This document shows, piece by piece, positions 39,494-51,600 of a stretch of 64,000 nt of DNA. The position numbers were made by a program, and so were the translations under genes. This stretch comes from Balanoglossus misakiensis. Taxonomy: Eukaryota > Animalia > Hemichordata. Location: assembly GCA_040954595.2 (NCBI GenBank), contig CM082595.2, positions 8,042,317-8,106,316 on the forward strand, written 5' to 3'. Under the pieces are notes generated by a model. It saw only the letters and a list, made by a program, of their open reading frames with translations, made no database searches and was not told the origin of the DNA. Numbering within the stretch: the first letter of the stretch is position 1; each line of letters begins with the position of its first letter.

Positions 39494-39561
39494 TTCTCGT
39501 CTGTGTCTATTACTTGAAGTGTACCATTTGCCTCAAGAATTTCAGCATCATCTTCTATAGT
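39494..39561 (-). CDS. Tandem OB-fold gene, coding exon 4: TIEDDAEILEANGTLQVIDTDE
   Basis: Acceptor ttattttcag|, donor |gttagt, 68 nt, phase 0/2. Confidence 0.8.
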
Positions 39562-40197
39562 CTGAAAATAAGTATGAGACATATTAGTGAATCTGAAATA
39601 TCTGTATAGTAGTGTTGATAGTGTGTAGTGACTGTTAGAAAACACATTAAAGCCCCAGTATTTCTCATTTTGACAATTTTTCATCATCAAAAATTTCCTG
39701 TTTTTTCCGCATTCATCTTGGAATACTAGATAATGAAGATATTAGCAAGATTTGTGCTGCTGTAACTATGTGCAAACCCTAAATATTGCCTGTAAAATTT
39801 GAAATGACCGACAGGTTTGTTTACAACAGAAATGGTGCATATGTGAATTTTTGCGAGTTTCTTCAAAAATTTACTAGATTTGCGACAATCAAACCTCTTC
39901 AGTGTGGGTTCTATAAATGTTATGCATGGCTGAATCTGTGTACATTTAGTTGTATAGGCACAGCAGGGGTTAGATTGGATTCCATGTGTCAACAAAGCCT
40001 GACTTTCTGTCCGGACAGAAAGTCATTTTCAATTGTTATATTGAAAAGTATATACATTTGTGAGCAGGGCTGGTCATAAAAACTGTGAGAGTCATTATCA
40101 ATTATTATCTACTTTTAGAAATTGAAGATATTTCAAACAAAAATATGTCGAAACAAGAAATACTGAGGCTGAATTTTGACAGTGGATGAATACTGAC

Positions 40198-40404
40198 CTT
40201 TAATTTTGTGGAGACTGTGCTATTGACATGATTGACATCCTTGTACTTGTCTACGATTACTGGTCCAATTTTCCCTTTTGCACCTTCTCTGACTTGCAGG
40301 TCACACTGTTTGCCCCAAAGGTTCATTTGCATTGACCTCAAACCATCTGTTAAAACGATATCTCTTCTACGTGTTTTATTTGTTGTTTGCTGTTCGTGCG
40401 AAAC
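40198..40404 (-). CDS. Tandem OB-fold gene, coding exon 3: VSHEQ...RRRDIVLTDGLRSMQMNLWG...STKLK
   Basis: Acceptor tttctttacatttag|, donor |gtcagt, 207 nt, phase 0/0; RDIxLxD...LWG is a typical RPA-like OB-fold motif. Confidence 0.88.
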
Positions 40405-40771
40405 CTAAATGTAAAGAAATTAAATTCCAAGGTGATACTGTGCAATGGAAATGTGTCTTGACTGGTACAAGTAATGCTAGTCAATTGGTGAAATAAGAGT
40501 AAGAAAAGGTGTTGTTTAGTATGGTAAGTTTACAGTTATTGATGTGAAATTAAATTATTCTTACCGAAGCATTTTCTGCCTGTATAATTTTGGATGACAA
40601 TCAGAAATCATCAAGATAAGAATTTTAACCTGCAATGTTGTAGAAATTAGTCATCACTGTGAGGAATCATGGGGAGAACAGTCAATTTGCATAGAAATCT
40701 ATTGGGGGAAAGTAGGCGTTATTGTCTGAGTAAACAAAATATTTTGTCATAATGTGTGCATATGTGATTAC

Positions 40772-40912
40772 CTTATCAATTCTAGCCACAACACTGACCC
40801 TCCTTTTTCGAGGCGAGTGCTGTAAATCAGCTAGTGGGACCTCCTCTGGTTCATTGAATAGTTTCTCCTGTTCTTTTTCAACTTTGAATGCATTGTTCCC
40901 AGTACGGGCAAT
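40772..40912 (-). CDS. Tandem OB-fold gene, coding exon 2: IARTGNNAFKV...RVSVVARIDK
   Basis: Acceptor ttttttcctttttgccgtag|, donor |gtaatc, 141 nt, phase 0/0, open. Confidence 0.85.
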
Positions 40913-41480
40913 CTACGGCAAAAAGGAAAAAAAATCAATTAAAATGTAAAGCGATATTATTTGAAGATTACAACATGTAAGTGAAAATTCGGGAATGGGT
41001 CATGAAATAAATCTCGTTTTTGAATAAATTAGGGGCAAGATCTAAAGTTCAATAAAAGTAACTTAATTGTTTAAAAGTTTGGTCTCAGACCCACCCCCCC
41101 ACTCTAACTAAACAGACCGAAAATTGAAAAACATTCGAAGCGTACCCTGCATTAATTCTTTCAGACAGCGTACTATTACATTGAGTGAAAACAGAAAACC
41201 ATTATTAATTGACAAAAATATTCATATTGCAACACAACAAAAAGCAGTCTTGAAATCTTTCGTTTTGCCAAAAAGTCGAATCGTTTTTGACTGCAGACAT
41301 GAATTTGGCCCAAAAACCCAACCCCCAAACTTGATCATTTTTTTGTAAACATCAATCTTTTGACGTTGCCGTTTAGTAGAGAGAAAAGACGAGATCTATC
41401 GGAATTGTAATATCATGCGATGTCGAGTTTTGAGGTTTATAGAGGGAACTGACGATTAAAGGGTCAAGACAAGTGTTCAC

Positions 41481-41720
41481 CTTGGTATATTTGTTGACGC
41501 CAATCCCACCGTCTCGACAATTAGTGAACCGCCGTAGTTCCAGAAATGTGCCTTTTGTGAATTTATCGACGCACCCGTCTTTCCAGATTTTAATTTCATG
41601 GAAGTGGCCGTTGTCGTCGATTGCTGTTAAGTTGTAGAAGGGTCCAGTTGCGGCGTAACGCTCTTCAGGTTCTTCCAGAACCTTTATTTTTATGGCTAGA
41701 TCTTGACTGTTGGTTGCCAT
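41481..41720 (-). CDS. Tandem OB-fold gene, coding exon 1: MATNSQDLAIKIKVLE...VNKYTK
   Basis: aaaATGG Kozak context, acceptor ttcacag| at 41744, donor AAG|gtgaac; 80 aa with a beta-rich OB-fold pattern. Confidence 0.85.
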
Positions 41721-42065
41721 TTTCAGACTGGGATCTGATGCAACCTGTGAACAAGTGGATAATGGTATTTATGAGTTCATGAAAACAGTAGACAGTTGCA
41801 GCGAAGTTAGACAATTTCTCCTGAGAGCTGTGATTGTGTTAATGATGATTGCGTCGAACGCTAGACGAATGATTCTTGTACACATTGATATGTCTATGAT
41901 AATAAATCATAATACCGACTGGTAACGTATTCAGGCAAAACTGGTGAAACGGTTGTCATGCAATCTTGTCCTGAATAAAATTTGAAATGCTGTGACATGG
42001 TTTCGCAATAACGCAAAGGCATTCCTTTTAGTATTACCATACAAATAGGAAAAAACTTTACTCAC

Positions 42066-42320
42066 TTGCTTATTTAATGATTCCTTGTGGACGACAGGCA
42101 CTTCTGGGTGTCGGACACATTTTCAGTACACGTCACTGAGACGCACTTCTGGATGGCGGACACTTTTTTTCCAAGTATACGTCACTGAGACGCACAGGAC
42201 AGAAACTTTTCTCCTAGCAGGTTTCCGTAAAAATGACCCACGCCAGAGCACGAGGGTGGGTTTATATACTGCTCATGAATATTCAGTGGATTCTGAGCCT
42301 GCAAAGTCCGAACCAATGGC
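42066..42320 (-). promoter_or_regulatory. Core promoter and 5' UTR exon of the OB-fold gene
   Basis: TATATAAA at 42268-42261, Inr-like TCATTTT with +1 near 42234 (~32 nt downstream), CCAAT at ~42313, donor |gtgagt at 42065. Confidence 0.65.
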
Positions 42321-45300
42321 AGGTATGGGAAAGAAGAGATCGAACGTAAAAGTGAGCAAGGGAGTGGGTGTGTCCAAGTGTTGTTTCCAAAAATGTTGCA
42401 AGTTTGAAGATGGGCCAATGACAATTCAAAATCGAAATGCATACACAATTAGGTGAGCAGGATCCTATTAGAATGAAAAGGTATTCGATCTGAACCATGC
42501 AGAGTATTCTCGTTAATTGTGTTGAAACTTTAACCGAGAATCAGTGTTTTGGTCACTTTTCATTTGCAGATGCGTACGCAAGTTGAGGCGTTGTACTAGT
42601 GTTGAAAAATCTTCACCATCGTTATGTATAGTATAATGTAAAGTTTGATAGGTATTATTTTTCCCGCTGAATATTTGATGAAATGTTCGATATCATTTTT
42701 CAAGATTTCATGAAACTACGCAGAGCCGTCGTAGCGGGCGCCGTACGGGCACCTGTGCAACATGATACGCATACACTGACGTTTTTTTGGAACAAAACAC
42801 ACAAAATAAAGGAAGTCGAAGACATACCGCCCATAGAAATTTTTAACTGCTAATCAAACAAAAGTATCAAAATGTATCGTTAAAATGTTTGTAATTTATA
42901 AACACGGTGTTCGTTGGGTCAAAACTGTACCATCAGACTATGTACAAAAACGGCAATAAAACGTTGAAATTTGATGTATCCTGTGATTATAAGTCCGACT
43001 TTGTAGATTCTACACCAGCAGGCAGAATGAAAAACATCTTATTTCACACTAAACTTATAATCGAAACTTTATGATAATGAACTGGGCTTCAATAGTAACA
43101 ATTCAAAGACAGATTTACTGCGCGAAAGCTATAACTTTGTAGTTTTAGTTACAAAAACAAAGCTTGTTCGAAAACGACTTTTAATGAATGTCTACTTTTT
43201 GTCCGGTAAATTTTCCAGTTGGCCTACTACTTTCAAAATTTAAATGAATACAGAAATGGAAGCATGAGTTTCACATTTTAGAGAATTTGAACGAACAGTG
43301 AGAAAGGGTGACAACAACAACAACTTGTAGAAATTATGGCTTTAGTCGTTTTATATTGAAATTTATGTTTCGTTTGTAGTGGAGGCTGGTCGTTTACGCC
43401 AAACGTTTTTTTATGTTACACGCGGTTCAGAAATAGGTTAGGCGAATTAGATTTGTTTTGTTCATATTATTCTAAATCAAAGGAGTATGCGATAAATTAC
43501 ACCACGGAAACATGTTTGCGATTGGAAAAGAGGAGCTTATCATACATGCAACGCCTGTATGCCACTGCGCTATTGCTGTATTGTTCTCAGAGCGAAGATT
43601 AAGACAGAGTATTTTCACATGTGAGAATAGATAATTTTAGAACGTGTGCCGAGAGACGCCCACTACAGTTTTCTCTTCACGGCAAAGATCGAGAAATACA
43701 CGAAAAATGATGTTTGAATAGACCAAGACCGATAAAAAGTAATGTAAAATCACATTATTTTGTGGAATGAAATCAAAATTCGCTCATCACACTGAAGTCA
43801 GCCAGCCACAACTTGCAACATTTGTCGCGTTATCAAGAGAGAGTTGTAGCAGGCGCCGTGTGAGCACGCGCAAGTTGGTTGTCCTATTCCTGGCAAACTG
43901 TGTTAGGATGTCATCGAAATTCCCCTTTATCGTCCACAATTCGACCTGAGTTAATAATCGAGTTAAAAACTGAGCTGATTCTAAAAAAAATGTATCCGGA
44001 AACCAGCGACATATCGTTTTGAGTTGACAGCAGCGAAAAGAAAGTTAGTGGTCAGGGGTTTGAAGTACGTCGGGTTACCGGAAATGTCTTTTTTTTCTTA
44101 GCATAATATTCTATTTTTGTTTTCAAAACATTAGTAGCCATCTTAGTTCTATTTTTGACACTTTCATTGGAATGCTTCGCATACAACCATGCTTAGGTAT
44201 TAAGATATGTCGTCTGGTGTGTGTTCTTCTGAATGTTATTTCACGGAAACTACCTCAACGGGACATAGAAATAGGTAATGTTCACGAAGCAAAGTGATGG
44301 CTGCTATCGTGCCTTCGTTCACATTCCGAACAATGTAGCGTTCTGTTGATCCTTCAACTGCGGTTGCAGTGCCGAATGTTTATGTTTAGCGCCCTCACTG
44401 TCTGGAGTATGCATCCATGATGAAGCAAGTAGGACAGTCTTGTACAGTCTATCAAGTGCAGTTTTTATATGACTGAATAGATTCTGGTGAAGTGAAACAA
44501 CATTTGCGCTTTGAGAATTCTGTTAGAGAGGAAATGATGGAACTGTTTGGTATTGAAATCATGATCTTTTGTATATTAATGTTCTTGCTAGTGTATTTGA
44601 GTAATAGAAATAAAATGAATATAACTGTCCAAAATATTACTGCATATTCTGTAGCGCACAAAAGTTCTAAAAATTGAAACTTTTCATTGCTTTTTTTTCC
44701 ATGTTTTCTGTTCATCAAGAAAAAGTGGACAGAAGTTGGTAAAAACCAAAACTTTCACACTAGTATGTTTAACATCCGGGCAAAATTATCTTTAAAATGA
44801 GAAACATGACACTTTACAATCTGTCCTGTACAATTGTCATCAAGATTTGCGATTGATCATATACTTCTTTCCGTTTTTGCTATGTACAAAGAAAATCTGG
44901 ATAGAAATTGGAGAAAACAAACGACTTTGAACAGTTCAATTTGTACATCAGGCGAAAACTATCAAAAATGGTAGATTTACAGATAATCTTAGGAGTTGAT
45001 TTGAAATAATGTATCCTTTTTTAATCAAAAGTCATATCAAATAAGGTCATATTAGTATTATTTTTATTCTTTAATTGACTGAGGTACCAGAATTTTCTGT
45101 TACCAATACCGCTGATGATACATCTTACACTGAGTTAGGTGTTTTCAACTAATTGTTAAATCTGTAGCTATTTAGCAATCTTTTTTCCAGTCTTTTTGAC
45201 AATTTTCTAGTAAGCCTTGATATTTTGAATGGTTTTGTTGTTAAATGATTAAAAATTATGTTCCCATTAAAAGACTTGGACTAAAATAGTCAGTTTTTAC

Positions 45301-45600
45301 AAAGTTTTATATTAATTAAACTGTTTTGACAAGTGCTCTACATATCAGACAAAATTGTTTGTTAATCTTTCAAATGTTAAATTTTATCAAAAGCCAAATT
45401 TAAAATGGTAAAAACATGCTTCTTGAGGGTCTTTTTTCAGGTCATACACACAATAAGAAAACTGTATTTTGATGCATAGATGCTGTTTTTTTTTAAATAT
45501 ATATTTGATGAACAGAGAATATCATTTGTAAAAAATTGGCCATTATCAAGTGAAACTATGTATTACTATATGTTACTTTTGGAAGCTTGTGCAAAATTTT

Positions 45601-48600
45601 TTAGGGCACAAGCCCAGCAGGCTTGTGCCCTATTGTTTTTACTGGAGTTTTTAGGGCACAAGCCCAGCAGGCTTGTGCCCTATTGTTTTTACTGGAGTTT
45701 TGAGGGCCCAAGCCCAGCAGGCTTGGGCCCTATTTAGGGCCCAAGCCAAGCAGGCTTGGGCCCTATTGGTATTACTGGCTTTTTTCTTCTTCTTCTTCAG
45801 TCGTTTTTTCGGCCAGCTAGATCTGGAAAACGGCCAAACCTACCAATTTCAAACTTGGCACAATGGTGCAGGCCTATGAGAGCATGATCTGTACCCTTGT
45901 GAATGTTTAATTATTCACGTGACCTAATGACCATATATGGGCAAAATTTTCAAATCGGCCTTATTTGCATATGAATGGAGATATCAAAATTCTGTTAAGA
46001 TACTTTGTGGGCCATATGGCCAGGGTTCTACATGCCAAATGTCAAGGCCATAGGCCATGTCAATTTTGAGAAGAAGATTTTTAAGTATTATTTTTCATAT
46101 TTTTTCGCCCAAGCCATCGGCCTATACTTTACATAGTAAAGCTATGACCACATATTATTTTGGATAAATATGCATACATATCTCAAAATCTGTAAGGCCG
46201 ATCATCTCCAACTTTGGTGTGCAGCTAGCCTAGCATTTGTCGATAATTTTAAGCGAAAAAAAATAATATGAAAAATCGACCGATTTTTTTATATTAATTT
46301 CTTTATTAAATTTATACCTTTACTTATACCTCTATGGTTAAGCTATGTCCATGTCTTATTGTGGAATTCTGGTCTGTGCAATAGTCCTGTACAGTGACTG
46401 TCTATTGGTCAGTGAGTACAATGGCACCAAAATAAAAGCCAACATTTTAGGCTCACCTGTAACACCTGCTTAACTCATTAATTATGTGCATACCTAATTC
46501 TGGGCTAACTAAGAGGGCTATAGGTTTCGTTCTTGTGGGGCATGGACCAGTAAAGGGTCAAAATTTCTTGCCCGAATTTTGGGTGACCTCAGGTGACCTT
46601 TGACCTACTTTCCTATATCTCGGCATCTAGAGCAGGTACAGACTTGGCGTTTGGAGGGTTGGGACTAAAATTGAAAAGCCAAAATGGGGGTCACCTGTGA
46701 CACCTGCCTATCTCATTAATTATGTGCATACCTAATTCCAGGCTAACCAATAGGGCTATAGGTTTGGTTTTTGTTGAACATGGACCAGTATAGGGTCAAC
46801 ATTTCTTGCCCAAATTTTGCATGACCTCAGGTGACCTTTGACCTGCTTTACCATTTCTTGGCATCCAGAGCAGGTACAGACTTGGCGTTTGGAGGGTTGG
46901 GACTAAAATTGAAAAGCCAAAATTAGGGGTCACCTGTGACACCTGCCTACCTCATTAATTATGTGCATACCTAATTCCAGGCTAACCAATAGGGCTATAG
47001 GTTTGGTTTTTGTTGAACATGGACCAGTATAGGGTCAAAATTTCTAACCCAAATTTTGCATGACCTCAGGTGACCTTTGACCTACTTTACCGTATTTTGG
47101 CATCCATAGAAGATATGCTTATTGCTATTTTGCTATGTGCTATGTTGGCTTGGGCCTGCTATTGCTGCTTGCAGCTATATTGTTTTTACTGGAGTTTTTT
47201 AGGGCACAAGCCCAGCAGGCTTGTGCCCTATTGTTTTTACTGGAGTTTTTCTTCTTCTTCTTCTTGTGCCGTTTTTTTCGTCAAGTACATCTTGAAAATG
47301 GCTGAACCTACAAATCTCAAACTTGGCACAATGGTGCAGGCCAATAAGAGCATGAGCTGTACCCTTGTGAATGTTTAATAAGTCATGTGACCTGACGACC
47401 ATATTTGGGCAAAAATTTTCAAATCGGCCTTATTTGCATATGCATGGAGATATCAAAATTCTTTTAGCAACTTTTGCTGACCATGGGGTCATTGTCCTAC
47501 ATGCCAAATTTCAAGGCCATAGGCCATGTCAATTTTGAGAAGAAGATTTTTAAGTATTATTTTTCATATTTTTCGCCCAAGCCATGGGCCTATACGTTAC
47601 ATAGTAAAGCTATGACCACATATTATTTTGGATAAATATGCATACATATCTCAAAATCATCTCAAACTTTGGTGTGCAGCTAGCCTAGCATTTGTCAATC
47701 ATTTTAAGCGAAAAAAAATAATATGAAAAATCGACCGATTTTTTTATATTAATGTTTTAAATTAAATTTATACCTTTTTACTTAAAGGTATACGGTCACC
47801 TCCAATTTACATATCGCCATATATAGTTGAAATGGCGTATTTGAGTGTTCTAAAGAACGCTTTATGTTCGCGTGTGCCACCCACTGAAAATATGTGATTG
47901 GTTAGATCTCGATTTACCATGGTAACTGTGGCTAAATTTGTATAGGTGACCGTATACCTTTAATATACCTCTATAGTTAAGCTATGTACACGTCTTAGTG
48001 TGGAATTCTGGTCTGTGCAACGGTCCTGTACAGTGACTGTCTATTGGGCAATGAGCACAATGGGACCAAAATAACAGGCAAAATTTCGGGCTCACCTGTA
48101 ACACCTGCTTAACTAATGAATTATGTGCATACCTAATTCCGGGCTAACTAATAGGCCTAGAGGTTTTGTTCTTGTGGGACATGGACCAGTATAGGGTCAA
48201 AATTTCTTGCCCAAATTTTGGGTGACCTCAGGTGACCTTTCACCTACTTTACCATATCTTGGCATCCAGAGCAGGTACAAACCTGGCGCTTGCAGGGTTG
48301 GGACTAAAATTGAAAAGCCAGAATGGGGGTCACCTGTGACACCTGCATATCTCATTAATTATGTGCATACCTCATTCCAGGCTAACCAATAGGGCTATAG
48401 GTTTGGTATTTGTTGAACATGGATCAGTATAGGGTCAACATTTCTTGCCCAAATTTTGCATGACCTCAGGTGACCTTTGGCCTACTTAACCAGATCTTGG
48501 CATCCATAGCAGGTACAGACATGGCGTTTGGAGGGTTGGGACTAAAATTGAAAAGCCAAAATTGGGGGTCACCTGTGACACCTGCCTACCTCATTAATTA

Positions 48601-51600
48601 TGTGCATACCTAATTCCAGGCTAACCTATAGGGCTATAGGTTTGGTTTTTGTTGAACATGGACCAGTATAGTGTCAAAATTTCTTGCCCAAATTTTGCAT
48701 GACCTCAGGTGACCTTTGACCTACTTTTCCATATCTTGGCATCCAGAGCAGATATGCTTATTGCTATGTTGCTATGTGCTATGTTGGCTTGGGCCCGCTA
48801 TTGCTGCTTGCAGCTATATTTAGGGCCCAAGCCCAGCAGGCTTGGGCCCTATTGGTATTACTGGGGTTTTTACGGGCCCAAGCCAAGCCAGGCTTGGGCC
48901 CGTATTGGTTTCGTTGGGGTTTTTCTTTCTTTCTTTCTTTATTCTTGGTTCATTTCTTTCGCGCTCTAGATCTCAGACACCGCTGCAGGTACAGTTCTCA
49001 AACTTGCTACAGTGGTCAAGGTCAATGAGTAGATGTGCAGTGACTTGTGAATACTTAATTAGTCACGTGACATGGCGGCCATATTGGATTTTCTGAAAAA
49101 TGCAAATCTCAGATCTCAGAAACTACAAGTCAGATCGACTTCAGATTTGGCGTGCTGGTAGTATACCCTCTGCCCATCATTTTTGTAATTGGATATTTTG
49201 CTGTCAATGTTGCAGTTTTTTTGCTACAGTTGTTTTTCTGAAATCTGGTCAAAATTTCAAAAATCTTCTTCTCCAGAACCGGTGATAACCGAGACACGCC
49301 GTTTGGGTTATGTGGTCACCTAACTGATGTCTATCAAGTTTGCGAAGATCATTGTGATTGGTCAAAGATTATGGCGGCCATATTGAATTTTCGAAAAACC
49401 ATAGTAAAACTTCAAAAATCTTCTCCTCCAGAACGGGCGATAACCGAGTCACAAGATTTGGTGTGTGTGGTCATTAAACGGATGTCTATCAAGTTTGCGA
49501 AGGGGAATGTGATTGGTTGAAGATTATGGCGGCCATATTGGATTTTGTGAAAAACGATTAAAAAGTAAAAATTCCTTTTCTAGCCTAAAAATTGATAGCA
49601 CAGAAATTCTTTTTATGGATATGAATCATCATATGACAAGAATAAGCTATAAATATTTTAGTAATTTTGGCAATGACCTTTGACCTTCTTTTGACGAATC
49701 ATTTTTCTGCATATCTAATTCCAGGCTAACCAATAGGGCTATAAGTTTGGTTTTTGATGTATGTGGATTTGTATGTGATCAAAAAATTTTGCTACTTTTC
49801 ATGACCCCTTTGACCTCTGGTGACCTCATTAAATATGCATATACCTAATTACAGATGAACCAATAGACCTAGAGGTTTTGTTTTTGTTATACATGGACCA
49901 GTATGGGGTCAAAATATTTTGCCCAAATGTTGGGTGACCTCGGGTGACTTTTGACCTACTTAACACTATATTAGCATCAGATCAGATAATAGAGCTTGGG
50001 CCCGGACAATGCTGCTTGCAGCTTTAATTCTTCTACTTCTTCTTCTTCTTCTTCTTGTGTCGTTTTTTTGTCCAGCTACATCTTGAAAACGGCTGAACCT
50101 ACAAATCTCACATTTGGCACAATGGTGCAGGCCTATGAGAGCTTGTGCAGTACCCTTGTGAATGTGTAATTAGTCATGTGACCTGATGACCATATATGGG
50201 CAAAATTTTCAAATCGGCCTTATTTGCATATGCATGAAGATATCAAAATTCTTTTAGCAACTTTTACGGACCATATGGCCAGGGTTCTACATGCCAAATA
50301 TCAAAGCCATAGGCCATGTCAATTTTGAGAAGAAGATTTTTAAGTATTATTTTTCATATTTTTCGACCAAGCCATGGGCCTATACTTTCCATAGTTAAGC
50401 TAAGACCACATATTATTTTGGATAAATATGCAAACATATCTCAAAATCTGTTGGGCCGATCAAGTCCAAATTTGCTGTGCAGCTAGCCTAGCATTTATCA
50501 ATCATTTTAAGCAGAAAAAATTAATATGAAAAATAGACCGATTTTTTTATATTAATTTTTTTATTAAATTTATCCCTTTTCTTATACCTCTATGGTTAAG
50601 CTATGTCCATGTCTTATTGTGGAATTCTGCTCTGTGCAATAGTCCTGTACAGTGACTGTCTATTGGTCAGTGAGCACAATGGCACCAAAATAAAAGGCAA
50701 AATTTTAGGCTCACCTGTAACACCTGCTTAACTCATTAATTATGTGCATACCTAATTCTGGGCTAACTAAGAGGGCTAGAGGTTTCGTTCTTGTGGGACA
50801 TGGACCAGTATAGGGTCAAAATTTCTTGCCCAAATTTTGCTTGACCTCAGGTGACCTTTGACCTACTTTACCAGATCTTGGCATCCAGAGCAGGTACAGA
50901 CTTGGCGTTTGGAGGGTTAGGACTTAAATTGAAAAGCCAAAATGGGGGTCACCTGTGACACCTGTATATCTCATCAATTATGTGCATACCTAATTCCAGG
51001 CTAACCAATAGGGCTATAGGTTTGGTTTTTGTTGAACATGGACCAGTATAGGTTCAAAATTTCTTGCCCAAATTTTGCTTGACCTCAGGTGACCTTTGAC
51101 CTACTTTACCAGATCTTGGCATCCAGAGCAGGTACAGACTTGGCGTTTGGAGGGTTAGGACTAAAATTGAAAAGGCAAAATGGGGGTCACCTGTGACACC
51201 TGTATATCTCATTAATATGTGCATACCTAATTCCAGGCTAACCAATAGGGCTATAGGTTTGGTTTTTGTTGAACATGGACCAGTATAGGTTCAAAATTTC
51301 TTGCCCAAATTTTGCTTGTCCTCGGGTGACCTTTGACCTACTTTACCAGATCTCGGCATCCAGAGCAGGTACAGACTTGGTGTTTGGAGGGTTGGGACTA
51401 AAGTTGAAAAGCCAAAATGGGGTTCACCTGTGACACCTGCATATCTCATTAATTATGTGCATACCTAATTCCAGGCTAACCAATAGGGCTAGAGGCTTCG
51501 TGCTTGTGGGACATGGACCAGTATGGGGTTAAAAATAATTTGCCCAAATTTTAGGTGACCTCAGGTGACCTTTGACCTACTTTACCATATCTTGGCATCC

